DNA of 48,817 bases, from NCBI GenBank assembly GCA_030539095.1, contig JAUNST010000002.1, positions 1-48,817 of the forward strand, in the 5' to 3' direction. Position 1 is the first letter of the stretch; each line of letters opens with the position of its first letter. This document shows, piece after piece, positions 17,817 to 26,134 of the stretch. The stretch is from a bacterium (lineage in GTDB: Bacteria; Patescibacteriota; Microgenomatia; UBA1400; PJMF01). A program made the translations under genes and the position numbers. The notes below the pieces were generated by a model, which saw only the letters and a list, made by a program, of their open reading frames with translations, was not told the DNA's origin and made no database searches.

Positions 17817-18725
17817 TTAAACAACTACTTCTTTACCAAAACGTTTCAAGAAAAAATTACGGGCAGCTTTTTTTTCTACTTGATCGCCATGAAAATAAAG
17901 TCTCCTGGCTAAACGATAAGCGCGCAATTTAGTTAGACCTCTTCCATAGCGTGAAAAAAATAATAGCCGGTTGCGAGTTAGATAAAAATTTTGTAGAGGC
18001 GAGCCAGATCCTTGAGTTGAACCGCCATTTTTATGCCAAATAACAGCGCTAGGACAAAATCCTAACTGCCAATTATTAGCGCGTAAACGTAAACTTAAAT
18101 CTGTATCTTCGTAATAAAGGAAATAATCGTCATCGAAAATTCCACTCGCCGCCAAAGCTTCTCTGCGGACCAGCAGACAGCAGCCGCTTGCATAATCAAA
18201 AGTGCTAATTGTTTCGAATTGGCCACGATCAACCTCATCTACACCTAAGTGAAAAGTTTGGAGATTGTCCCAGTCAATGACACCGCCGGCAAACCAAATT
18301 ACCTTACCTAAATTATTTTTGCTGTAACTTTCACGATGAAATTCATCGCCGGCGGCAAAATAAATTTTTGGGCTAACTAAACCCAATTTGGGATTTTCTT
18401 GTAAACATTGATAAAGTTTTTCCAAAAAATCCGCTGCCACTAAAGTATCTGAGTTAAGTAGTAAAAAATAATCCGGATTATAGTGTTGATTAGCGTAACG
18501 GAAACCGAGATTATTGCCGCCGGTGAAACCTAAATTCGTGTCACTGCGAATAAGCTCAGTATTCTTAATTTTTTTTGGCAAAACAAAATTATCTTTAGAA
18601 GCGTTGTCAACTAAAATCACTCGATAATCAAAATTTTCATGTTTGATCTCGTTTAAACTTTCCAAACAAGCTTTTGTTTCTTCGTCGGTATTATAGTGGA
18701 CAATAATAATCGCGATCTTATCCAT
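17817..18725 (-). CDS. Glycosyltransferase family 2 (rhamnosyltransferase-like)
   Basis: IIIVHYNTDEET...VDNASKD...LLNSD. Confidence 0.8.
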   Translation of the reverse strand: MDKIAIIIVHYNTDEETKACLESLNEIKHENFDYRVILVDNASKDNFVLPKKIKNTELIRSDTNLGFTGGNNLGFRYANQHYNPDYFLLLNSDTLVAADFLEKLYQCLQENPKLGLVSPKIYFAAGDEFHRESYSKNNLGKVIWFAGGVIDWDNLQTFHLGVDEVDRGQFETISTFDYASGCCLLVRREALAASGIFDDDYFLYYEDTDLSLRLRANNWQLGFCPSAVIWHKNGGSTQGSGSPLQNFYLTRNRLLFFSRYGRGLTKLRAYRLARRLYFHGDQVEKKAARNFFLKRFGKEVVV

Positions 18726-18741
18726 ACTTTTAATTATACCG

Positions 18742-19677
18742 CTAAACTTTGAGTTTGCGGCGGATTTGCCAATAAAATTTACTTAAGCCCTTGCTTTGGC
18801 CAACGAGCAAATCCGCCCACCAATAGGCGGCTTCTTGCTGGAAGCGGTGACGTAATTTCTTCAAACGTACTAAAGTTAACGGTCGATATGGGAATTTTTG
18901 CGCTTGCCAGACTTTACCTTTGGTAATCATTTCGTTTTGCGCTTGCAAAAAAGACAAAATTAAACCATGATTACCTTCGAGCATACCTTTGTCAGCAAAA
19001 CCCCGGCGCCAAAATTCATCAAAAAAACTTTGCCATAAAATCTCTGGAGTGACATCAGTTTTTTTGCCTAGACTAAATTCGTTTTCCGCTTGAACGCTGC
19101 TATAGCGATTGCTGCGCTCCAAAAATTGTTCTAAAGTTTGATAATTATGATGGACAATGGCTAAATTACGATCTTCGCAAGGGAAATATTCCGCTTTGCC
19201 AATAATTTTTGGTACAGAATGAATAGTCGGCAGCCAACGAATAGCACCTTGGCGCCAAAGCCGTAACTGGTAATCTGGATACCAGCCAGTATCTGTCATC
19301 GCTTGATCGAAAATAATATTGCTGCGAGCAATAAAATAAGCTTCGGCAATCGGGACTGTTGTTTCTTCATTATCAACTACTTGGCGGATTAATTTCGCTA
19401 GTTCTGGCTTGATATCTTCATCACTATCAAGCAAAAAAATCCATTCGCCTTTAGCTTGAGCAAAAGCAAATTCGCGTGCCGGCTCCACAAAACCTAGTTC
19501 CGGATGCGGATATTGAGAAATATTGTCGGTAAATTTCTTAGCAATTTCCAAAGTTTTATCCGTGCTAGCCATATCCACCACTACGATTTCATCGGCAATA
19601 GCCTGGACGCTTTTAAGTGTTTGCTTTAAATATTTTTCGCTATTTTTAGTGTTGACAACAACAGAAAGTTTGATCAT
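18742..19677 (-). CDS. Glycosyltransferase family 2
   Basis: SVVVNTKNSEKYL...VDMASTDKT...LLDSDED. Confidence 0.8.
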   Translation of the reverse strand: MIKLSVVVNTKNSEKYLKQTLKSVQAIADEIVVVDMASTDKTLEIAKKFTDNISQYPHPELGFVEPAREFAFAQAKGEWIFLLDSDEDIKPELAKLIRQVVDNEETTVPIAEAYFIARSNIIFDQAMTDTGWYPDYQLRLWRQGAIRWLPTIHSVPKIIGKAEYFPCEDRNLAIVHHNYQTLEQFLERSNRYSSVQAENEFSLGKKTDVTPEILWQSFFDEFWRRGFADKGMLEGNHGLILSFLQAQNEMITKGKVWQAQKFPYRPLTLVRLKKLRHRFQQEAAYWWADLLVGQSKGLSKFYWQIRRKLKV

Positions 19678-19683
19678 GAATGA

Positions 19684-20145
19684 TTATTTTTTTGCTTTCA
19701 CACGAGCTTTAATATTAAATTCCCATTGATCACCATCGGAAGTATCAAAACTGGTACTGCCCGTGAGTTGATGATAATTGACTAAGTGTTCCGAAAGCGC
19801 TTCTTCAATTTCCTTTTTATTTTGCGAAATTTCTGCAATTTCCAATTTTAAAGCCACGCTCGCCGGATCAGCAGCCACTTTGGCTTTTTTCTGTTTCAGC
19901 TCGTCATTCATGGCTTTAGCTTTCACTTCTGCTTCGCTGATTTCTGTGTTGTTATCCAACATATTTTTGAGCATTTCGCGTTTTTCATGCAGAGTTCTGT
20001 CTACGTTTTGCAATTCGTGCGCATTACGCTCAATTACTCCTTGCAAAGCATTAAGAGTTTCCGCAATTTTATCGGAAGCAGCCACTTCGTCGGCTTCGCT
20101 TTTTTCCAAAGCTTGTTTAGCTAAAGTTTCACTTGCGTCTGTCAT
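19684..20145 (-). CDS. Hypothetical coiled-coil protein
   Basis: 153-aa ORF with Glu/Lys/Ala-rich heptad-like sequence. No motif recognised. Confidence 0.6.
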   Translation of the reverse strand: MTDASETLAKQALEKSEADEVAASDKIAETLNALQGVIERNAHELQNVDRTLHEKREMLKNMLDNNTEISEAEVKAKAMNDELKQKKAKVAADPASVALKLEIAEISQNKKEIEEALSEHLVNYHQLTGSTSFDTSDGDQWEFNIKARVKAKK

Positions 20146-20154
20146 TTTAACTTT

Positions 20155-21198
20155 CTAAATATTTTTAATTGCTTGCTCCACTAACCGGTTGCAGTAGCCC
20201 CATTCATTATCGTACCAAGCGACTACTCGCACTAGATTACCTTCAATAACATTAGTTAAACCTAAATCGACAATTGAAGATTCGTCGCGACCAACGATAT
20301 CGCTGCTCACAATCGGTTCACTGGTAGTAGCTAGAATGCCTGCAAATTCAGCTTTTTGACTAGCGTCAAAGAGCACTTGATTGACTTCTTCTTTTGTAGT
20401 TGGTCGGCTACTCACAAAAACAATATCCGCCAAGCTGCCAGTTTTCACCGGTACGCGAATGGCGACGCCATCAAATTTACCTTTGACACTAGGATAAATT
20501 TCGCCCACGGCTTTGGCGGCACCGGTGCTAGTGGGCACAATATTGAGAGCCGCCGCGCGCGCGCGGCGTAAATCTTTGTGCGAATTATCCTGCAAATTTT
20601 GATCGTCGGTGTAAGCGTGAATTGTATTCAAAAGGGCTTTTTCAATGCCAAAATTTTCACTCAAAACTTTAATCACTGGGGCGACACAATTAGTGGTGCA
20701 AGAAGCGTTAGAAATAATCGGATTGCTGCCGTCAAAATCTTTGACGCTAATCACCGACATTTGCACACCTTCGCCTTTTGGCGGCGCAGTGATAATCACT
20801 CTTTTTGCCCCAGCTTGTAAATGCAAACCAGCTTTTTCTGCCGTGGTGAAAACGCCAGTTGATTCGATCACCGTTTCCACGCCATATTGAGCCCAAGGAA
20901 TTAAAGTTGGATCGCGTTGCGCTGTGACCGGAATTTTCTGGTCGTTGATGATCAAAAAGCCAATGAGAGGATTTTCGGTGGTAGCACTTTTAGCGTCTTG
21001 AATTTTTTCCCAAGCAATGGCTGTTTCTAAACGGCCATAATTGCTATCGTATTTAAGCAAATGTGCCCAACCCTCCACGTCCATCGAACCAGAAGTATTG
21101 ATCAAGCCCATTTTGGCTTTATCACTGGCTTTTTTCAGCCAAACTTTGAAAGCAGTGCGACCGATGCGGCCAAAACCGTTAATTCCAATTGTTGTCAT
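20155..21198 (-). CDS. gap: Glyceraldehyde-3-phosphate dehydrogenase
   Basis: INGFGRIGR and active-site SNASCTTNC. Confidence 0.95.
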   Translation of the reverse strand: MTTIGINGFGRIGRTAFKVWLKKASDKAKMGLINTSGSMDVEGWAHLLKYDSNYGRLETAIAWEKIQDAKSATTENPLIGFLIINDQKIPVTAQRDPTLIPWAQYGVETVIESTGVFTTAEKAGLHLQAGAKRVIITAPPKGEGVQMSVISVKDFDGSNPIISNASCTTNCVAPVIKVLSENFGIEKALLNTIHAYTDDQNLQDNSHKDLRRARAAALNIVPTSTGAAKAVGEIYPSVKGKFDGVAIRVPVKTGSLADIVFVSSRPTTKEEVNQVLFDASQKAEFAGILATTSEPIVSSDIVGRDESSIVDLGLTNVIEGNLVRVVAWYDNEWGYCNRLVEQAIKNI

Positions 21199-21213
21199 AA
21201 TTCCCCTTCTTCC

Positions 21214-21948
21214 TTAAGCTAAAACCGTTTTCACTTTATTGCTAATAATCGTGCCAATGTCGTCACCTTGAACGGCTTTAAGCAAATTATCGTCACTGAA
21301 TAAATCGAAAACGTGAATAATTAAGTCATTTTCCATGGCCATAGACATAGCGGCGCTATCCATCACTTCCAGGCGATCATGCAGAGCGTCTTCAAAGTTG
21401 AGCGTGCGATATAATTTAGCGTCAGAATTTTTGGTTGGATCTTTGTCGTAGACGCCGTCTACTTTAGTGGCTTTCATTAAAACTTCGCAATGCAATTCCA
21501 AAGCGTGTAAAGAAGCGCCTGTATCTGTGGTCACGTAGGGATTACCGGTGCCAGCGGCTAAAATTACCACTCGACCTTTTTCTAAATGATGAATGGCGCG
21601 CTTGCGAATAAATCTTTCCGCCACACTCGGCATCGACAGAGCTGATTGGAGGCGGGTTTGCACACCAATTTTATTTAGAGCATCTTCCAAAGCCATACCA
21701 TTCATAACGGTGGCTAGCATGCCCATATAGTCACCAGTGGAACGGTCGATGCCGAACTTCGCGGCGCTGGCGCCGCGATAAATATTGCCGCCGCCAATAA
21801 CGATGGCAATTTCTACACCAGTTTCTTTGATCTTTTTAATTTTCTCTGCCAGAGCCAAAACTGCTTCAAAATCAATGCCGAACTCTCTTTTTCCTAGTAA
21901 AGACTCGCCGGTGACCTTGAGCATAATGCGTTTATACTTAGCAGTCAT
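21214..21948 (-). CDS. pyrH: UMP kinase
   Basis: 244 aa with ...KVTGESL...VIGGGNIYRG... amino-acid-kinase fold motifs. Confidence 0.9.
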   Translation of the reverse strand: MTAKYKRIMLKVTGESLLGKREFGIDFEAVLALAEKIKKIKETGVEIAIVIGGGNIYRGASAAKFGIDRSTGDYMGMLATVMNGMALEDALNKIGVQTRLQSALSMPSVAERFIRKRAIHHLEKGRVVILAAGTGNPYVTTDTGASLHALELHCEVLMKATKVDGVYDKDPTKNSDAKLYRTLNFEDALHDRLEVMDSAAMSMAMENDLIIHVFDLFSDDNLLKAVQGDDIGTIISNKVKTVLA

Positions 21949-21968
21949 AAAAAGACCTTTCTAAATTT

Positions 21969-23000
21969 TTAAATGCCAAACATTTTTTTCACTCGTAGAC
22001 CAGCCCAACGAACTTTGTCGGCGGCATTGAAAAGTTTATAAAATGTTTGATTGTAAACTAAATCGTAACTGTCGAAGTTTTCCATCAGAGTGCCGCCGTA
22101 ACCTTCTTTAAAACGATGAAAGCCATACCAAGGATCTTTTTGATCTGGCTCCGGTCCCAAAGCACCCCACATATCAAAACTTTTAAGTTTATTTTGTTGC
22201 CCGTATTTAATTACTTCCCACATCATTAAGTTAGATGCCATCACTTCTCGGTATAAACTGGAAGAAGCGCCGTAGGGATAATATAATTTACCGTTAAAAT
22301 TGAAAATAATCCAAGAAACAAGCACTGTTTCATTGTAAACAGCGTGGAAAATCCGCATAATGCCGCTTTTACCCAAAGCTTTCCAAAGACCACGATAATA
22401 ATCATCATCATGAGCGTAAAAGCTCTGCCGAGTTGTAGTTTCGCGCAAAAGACGTAAAAAAGTTTCTAAACCGCCCTCGCTGGTATCATCGATAATTTGG
22501 ACACCTTTTTTGATAGCCAGACGAATATTGTAGCGAGTTTTACTGTGCAGTTGAGCAAAAAGCTCATCTTGAGTTTTTTCTAGATCAAGTACAAAAGTAT
22601 ATTTTGTAAAAAGAGCGTGACCTTTTTGCCCGCCGCGGTCTCTAATAAATTTATCAATCGTGGCGAAACCAGAATTTTTACTGCCGGCTTTGATCATCAC
22701 GTTTGGCTCAATTTTAACAAAAATAGCTTTATGTTTCGCTGCTAATTGTTGCAGAGACTTTAGCTGTTCTTCGTCTGGCATAGGACCTTTAGGTAAATAG
22801 CCAACCGTATTGCCACCTGGAACTTGATGAAAGGAAACCTGAAAGGCGTTCATTAATTTGCCGCCTTCAAAAAAGCCGACTCGCTCGATTTGTTGACCGT
22901 TCAGTTTTTTAAATTCTCCCCATTCCCATGATTGGAGCGGATGAGTCACCATCCGGTTATATAAATCCTTTTCCTCAAGAGTAATCGCACGAATTAGCAT
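21969..23000 (-). CDS. FemAB-family peptidoglycan interpeptide-bridge aminoacyltransferase
   Basis: 343 aa; HSKTRYNIRLAIKKG and overall FemX-like organisation. Confidence 0.7.
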   Translation of the reverse strand: MLIRAITLEEKDLYNRMVTHPLQSWEWGEFKKLNGQQIERVGFFEGGKLMNAFQVSFHQVPGGNTVGYLPKGPMPDEEQLKSLQQLAAKHKAIFVKIEPNVMIKAGSKNSGFATIDKFIRDRGGQKGHALFTKYTFVLDLEKTQDELFAQLHSKTRYNIRLAIKKGVQIIDDTSEGGLETFLRLLRETTTRQSFYAHDDDYYRGLWKALGKSGIMRIFHAVYNETVLVSWIIFNFNGKLYYPYGASSSLYREVMASNLMMWEVIKYGQQNKLKSFDMWGALGPEPDQKDPWYGFHRFKEGYGGTLMENFDSYDLVYNQTFYKLFNAADKVRWAGLRVKKMFGI

Positions 23001-23032
23001 AAAGGTTATTATAGCTGATTTTTTGATCTTGT

Positions 23033-23656
23033 CTAGTTAAAAGCCTTACGAATCACGCCCATCACTTTGCCAACCAAAGTGACTTTGCCAGCGTAAATCG
23101 GCATGGCTTCTTGATCGTAAACCGGCTCTAAGCGAAGCCTAGTGGCTTCGCGAAAATAACGCCGCATAACCGTTAAACCGTTGTCCAAAGTGGCAACAAC
23201 AATATTGCCTGGTTGTATTTCTTTATCTTCTTCCAAAACAATATAATCACCATCAGCCAAAAGTTCTTCTTTCAGTTCTTCCCCTTGCACTTGCAGTAAA
23301 AAAGCGCGTTTTTTGCCAGTAATTAGTTCTGGAGAAACGCGAAAGGTTTGATCGGTGCGTACATTGGGAGTAAGAGGCGCATTGGCGCTTAAAAAACCAG
23401 TAATTGGCAAATCAACACCTTCAGTTAGGCGGACAAAAGTGCGATTCATCAATTCGATTGAGCGATTTTTACCTTTGTTTCGTTTAATCAGGTTTTTTTC
23501 TTCCAAAGCGCGTAAATGTTCGTGAATAGTGGCCACCGAACTAACGTTCATGGCGTCAGCGATTTCTTTGAGCGTGGGTGCAAATTCATTGCGCTGAATA
23601 TACTGGCAAATATAGTCGTAAATTTGTTTCTGTTTTTTATAAAGAGTGATTGCCAC
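23033..23656 (-). CDS. lexA: LexA-like repressor with a degenerate S24 domain
   Basis: N-terminal wHTH (PTLKEIADAMNVSSVATIHEHLRALEEKNLI) and a C-terminal LexA-like beta domain. GTG start. Confidence 0.8.
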   Translation of the reverse strand: MAITLYKKQKQIYDYICQYIQRNEFAPTLKEIADAMNVSSVATIHEHLRALEEKNLIKRNKGKNRSIELMNRTFVRLTEGVDLPITGFLSANAPLTPNVRTDQTFRVSPELITGKKRAFLLQVQGEELKEELLADGDYIVLEEDKEIQPGNIVVATLDNGLTVMRRYFREATRLRLEPVYDQEAMPIYAGKVTLVGKVMGVIRKAFN

Positions 23657-23686
23657 GCATACCTTTCTTCATTAACCCTTAAAATT

Positions 23687-23728
23687 TATCTTAACAAAAG
23701 ATATAGACTACTTTCGTTTCTTTGTCAA
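23687..23728 (-). promoter_or_regulatory. Putative lexA promoter (TTGACA-N17-TATATC) with an overlapping palindrome TATCTT-N5-AAGATA
   Basis: On the minus strand, TTGACA is at 23728-23723 and TATATC at 23705-23700. The inverted repeat spans 23687-23703. Confidence 0.35.
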
Positions 23729-23753
23729 GAAGTAATTTTGGGAAAATTTAGGT

Positions 23754-25628
23754 TCAATTTTCGGGCGTTATCGGCGCTTGTTTTAACAACCATTTAGCGC
23801 AAAAAGTTTGATCATCCAAGGTTTCTACTTGATAATCATCATTTTGATGATTATAAATATAATCGCTAGTGGCGTAATTCTGGCAAAGCAAATTATTATT
23901 TTTCTCTATTGCCACATACCAAGCGCCACTGTCTACAGGCGAACTTAAAATTTCTTGAGTATAATTTTCCAAAGGGAAATGACAGTTGTCCACTTTGTCC
24001 GTTTTAATGATTAAGCGCGCGCCTTGTTCAAAAAGTTGCCAAGCTTCGGTGCAATCTGCAGTAAAAGTCAAATTTTGCCAAGATAAGCTAGCATTTTGGT
24101 TAACTTTATTCATCTCTGGCGCCAGTTGCTCAATCATTTCTAAGTCAACTTGTTTACCTTGCTGATAAAAAATACTTGCCCGCAGAAGCGCATAAGCCTG
24201 ATTGCCTTCCGCCACCACCACCGTGGGTACGTTTTGCCGCGCAATATAGTCGCTCACCAAACGTTCATGAAAAACGCTTGTTCCAATCTTTAAAAACGGA
24301 TAACGTTGGTGACTATACCATTGCCAATAGGCAAAACTAACTATGTAAAACAAAATGAGTAAGGTGGTGGCGAGCCAGCGCCAGTTTTTTGGCGTCCAGC
24401 TGAAAATTTGTTCAATGCCTAAAGCAATTAAAAAACAGATGATAGGAATCAAAAAACTGGCGCGGAAAACTAAATTAAGTTTGGTCGCTGTAATCAGCGC
24501 GGGTATCATTGCCGCTAAAGTGCAGCCCGCAATTAGCCAACGTAAATTTTTATCAGTACTTTTTTGAGTCAGGGAAAAAATACCAAAAATAAGCAAGAAA
24601 AATTCGCCAGCATAAAACCAGCCGTGATCAGCCAAACCCAGAACCGGCGCGCTAACGCTGTCCCAAAACCAATAATTAGGATCAAAAACAGCCAGGAAAT
24701 TTTCCATTAGCTTTGAGCCGCCAGCCACGAATTTATTGCTAAAAATTTTGTTCAAACGATTGTCTAGAAGAGTAAACCGTTCCTCGTTCACCATTTCTGT
24801 TAACGGCTCTTGATTTAAGAAAATAATTTCGCTTGCGCGAGTGCTTAAAGCGGCGCGGTTGATAAAAGAAAAACCGTAAAGGCAAATAACGCCGGCCAAA
24901 ACAATTAAGCCAGCAAGGCGGACCCCCCCCGGTTTTTCTTTTTGACTGGAAGACCATTTTTGTTTCCATAACCAAAATAACTGCACGAATACAAACGGCC
25001 AAAGCAAAAAATTATTGCCGTGATAAGTGAAATAACAAAAGGCAAAAGCTATTAAAGCTGCCACTACTAAAATTAGGCGTTTTTGTTTGGGACGAATTTG
25101 AAATTGATGAAAAATTTTTGCTAACAAGGTTAAACCAACAAGCAAAAATAAAAGCGACAACGGTCCTTCGTATAATTGGTGGCTAAAATTTAGATTCCAC
25201 GGATTGAGAGTGAAAATTAAGCCGCTCAAAAGGGCGGTTTTACGATCGACTTTTAGATTGAGCAGCCACCAAACAAGAGCCAAAGGTAAAAGGGCGCCGA
25301 TTAAACTACTGATTAAACGGACACCGGATAAATCAAAAGAGATTAAAGGCATTAGCCAGCTGTAAACTACCGGTGTCAGTTCTGCAGTGAGAGTTTCGGT
25401 GACAATTGGTTGTAATTTCCAGGGTGACCAAGTTTGTGTGAGATCGCTACCGCTTAGACTGAGCCACTTAGCGTTAAGAACGTAATCCAGTTCATCGTGG
25501 GTAATGCCAAAGGGGATATTTAAATTGAAAAGTCTAATACTTAAGCCAAAGACGAAAAGACAAATTAGCCAAAAGCTTAATGAGTTTGCTAAATTTGTCC
25601 AGATTTTTTTTAATTTAGTTGTCTGCAT
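23754..25628 (-). CDS. Polytopic membrane protein, ArnT/PMT-like glycosyltransferase-like
   Basis: Many TM helices. ATG at 25628 is used because the ORF-track N-terminus (to 25730) is simply the tRNA-Ser gene read as protein. Confidence 0.6.
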   Translation of the reverse strand: MQTTKLKKIWTNLANSLSFWLICLFVFGLSIRLFNLNIPFGITHDELDYVLNAKWLSLSGSDLTQTWSPWKLQPIVTETLTAELTPVVYSWLMPLISFDLSGVRLISSLIGALLPLALVWWLLNLKVDRKTALLSGLIFTLNPWNLNFSHQLYEGPLSLLFLLVGLTLLAKIFHQFQIRPKQKRLILVVAALIAFAFCYFTYHGNNFLLWPFVFVQLFWLWKQKWSSSQKEKPGGVRLAGLIVLAGVICLYGFSFINRAALSTRASEIIFLNQEPLTEMVNEERFTLLDNRLNKIFSNKFVAGGSKLMENFLAVFDPNYWFWDSVSAPVLGLADHGWFYAGEFFLLIFGIFSLTQKSTDKNLRWLIAGCTLAAMIPALITATKLNLVFRASFLIPIICFLIALGIEQIFSWTPKNWRWLATTLLILFYIVSFAYWQWYSHQRYPFLKIGTSVFHERLVSDYIARQNVPTVVVAEGNQAYALLRASIFYQQGKQVDLEMIEQLAPEMNKVNQNASLSWQNLTFTADCTEAWQLFEQGARLIIKTDKVDNCHFPLENYTQEILSSPVDSGAWYVAIEKNNNLLCQNYATSDYIYNHQNDDYQVETLDDQTFCAKWLLKQAPITPEN

Positions 25629-25634
25629 TTTGAG

Positions 25635-25716
25635 CGGAAGTGACAGGACTCGAACCTGCGATGGGTTGCCCCGACGGTTTTCGAAACCGTTGCCATAGCC
25701 GCTAGGCGACACTTCC
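25635..25716 (-). tRNA. tRNA-Ser (anticodon CGA), CCA not encoded
   Basis: GGAAGTG-TC-GCC..GGC-A-ACGGT-TTCGAAA-ACCGT-(14-nt variable arm)-GCAGG-TTCGAGT-CCTGT-CACTTCC-G. Confidence 0.85.
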
Positions 25717-25790
25717 TTTATGTTGCGCATTCTACTTTATTTTTCCTTAACTTTCTATTTGTTTGCTTTTTTATTAAGTTTTCACTTAGT

Positions 25791-25907
25791 CTTACTCCCG
25801 CCCCGCCAACGGCGGGGTGCCATAGCCGTCCACGACTTCGACTTTATTCATAGCCGCCCACGACTTCAGGAGCGGTCCCGCCAAACGGCGGTGGTAGCGA
25901 CACTTCC
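25791..25907 (-). repeat. tRNA-Ser 5'-fragment-like repeats flanked by GC-rich hairpins
   Basis: On the minus strand, GGAAGTGTCGC (identical to the first 11 nt of tRNA-Ser-CGA) ends at 25907. Two 19-nt copies of GAAGTCGTGG(G/A)CGGCTATG lie at 25849-25867 and 25821-25839. Hairpins lie at 25878-25891 and 25801-25817. Confidence 0.7.
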
Positions 25908-25921
25908 AAATGACTTAAATA

Positions 25922-26010
25922 TGGCGGAGATGAGGGGAGTCGAACCCCTGAAGCTCTTGCGAGACTCACGCTTTCCAAGCGTGTGCAATTGACCACTATG
26001 CGACATCTCC
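25922..26010 (-). tRNA. tRNA-Ser (anticodon GGA), CCA encoded
   Basis: GGAGATG...CACGC-TTGGAAA-GCGTG-(long variable arm)-AGGGG-TTCGACT-CCCCT-CATCTCC-GCCA. Confidence 0.9.
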
Positions 26011-26096
26011 ACTCGGATTTTTTATTATAACAGAAATCGTCACAGAAGCAGTGGCGATTTCTTTTTTTCCTCTAGTAAGTTTTTTTCGTTGCCGTT

Positions 26097-26113
26097 CGCA
26101 GACCGCTGAGGTC
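26097..26113 (+). repeat. attL core (cgcagaccgctgaggtc)
   Basis: Exact 17-nt match to 36220-36236. Confidence 0.7.
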
Positions 26114-26134
26114 GTCGCCCACGGAAAGGAACCT

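Noticed and set aside
19778-20158. Long antisense ORFs inside real genes (also 916-1158, 1329-1673, 5330-5704, 43648-44106, 46447-46896, 37887-38225, among others)
   Set aside because: They lie opposite genes with strong motif support and give low-complexity or Ser/Leu/Phe-rich translations. They are shadow ORFs.
25629-25730. N-terminal 34 residues of ORF 23754-25730
   Set aside because: This stretch is tRNA-Ser(CGA) translated. The internal ATG at 25628 is the plausible start.
26033-26068. Hairpin gaaatcgtcac/gtggcgatttc followed by T7, oriented as a plus-strand terminator
   Set aside because: There is no plus-strand gene upstream, and on the minus strand it lacks a U tract. I could not assign a function. 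Noted only as structure adjacent to attL.
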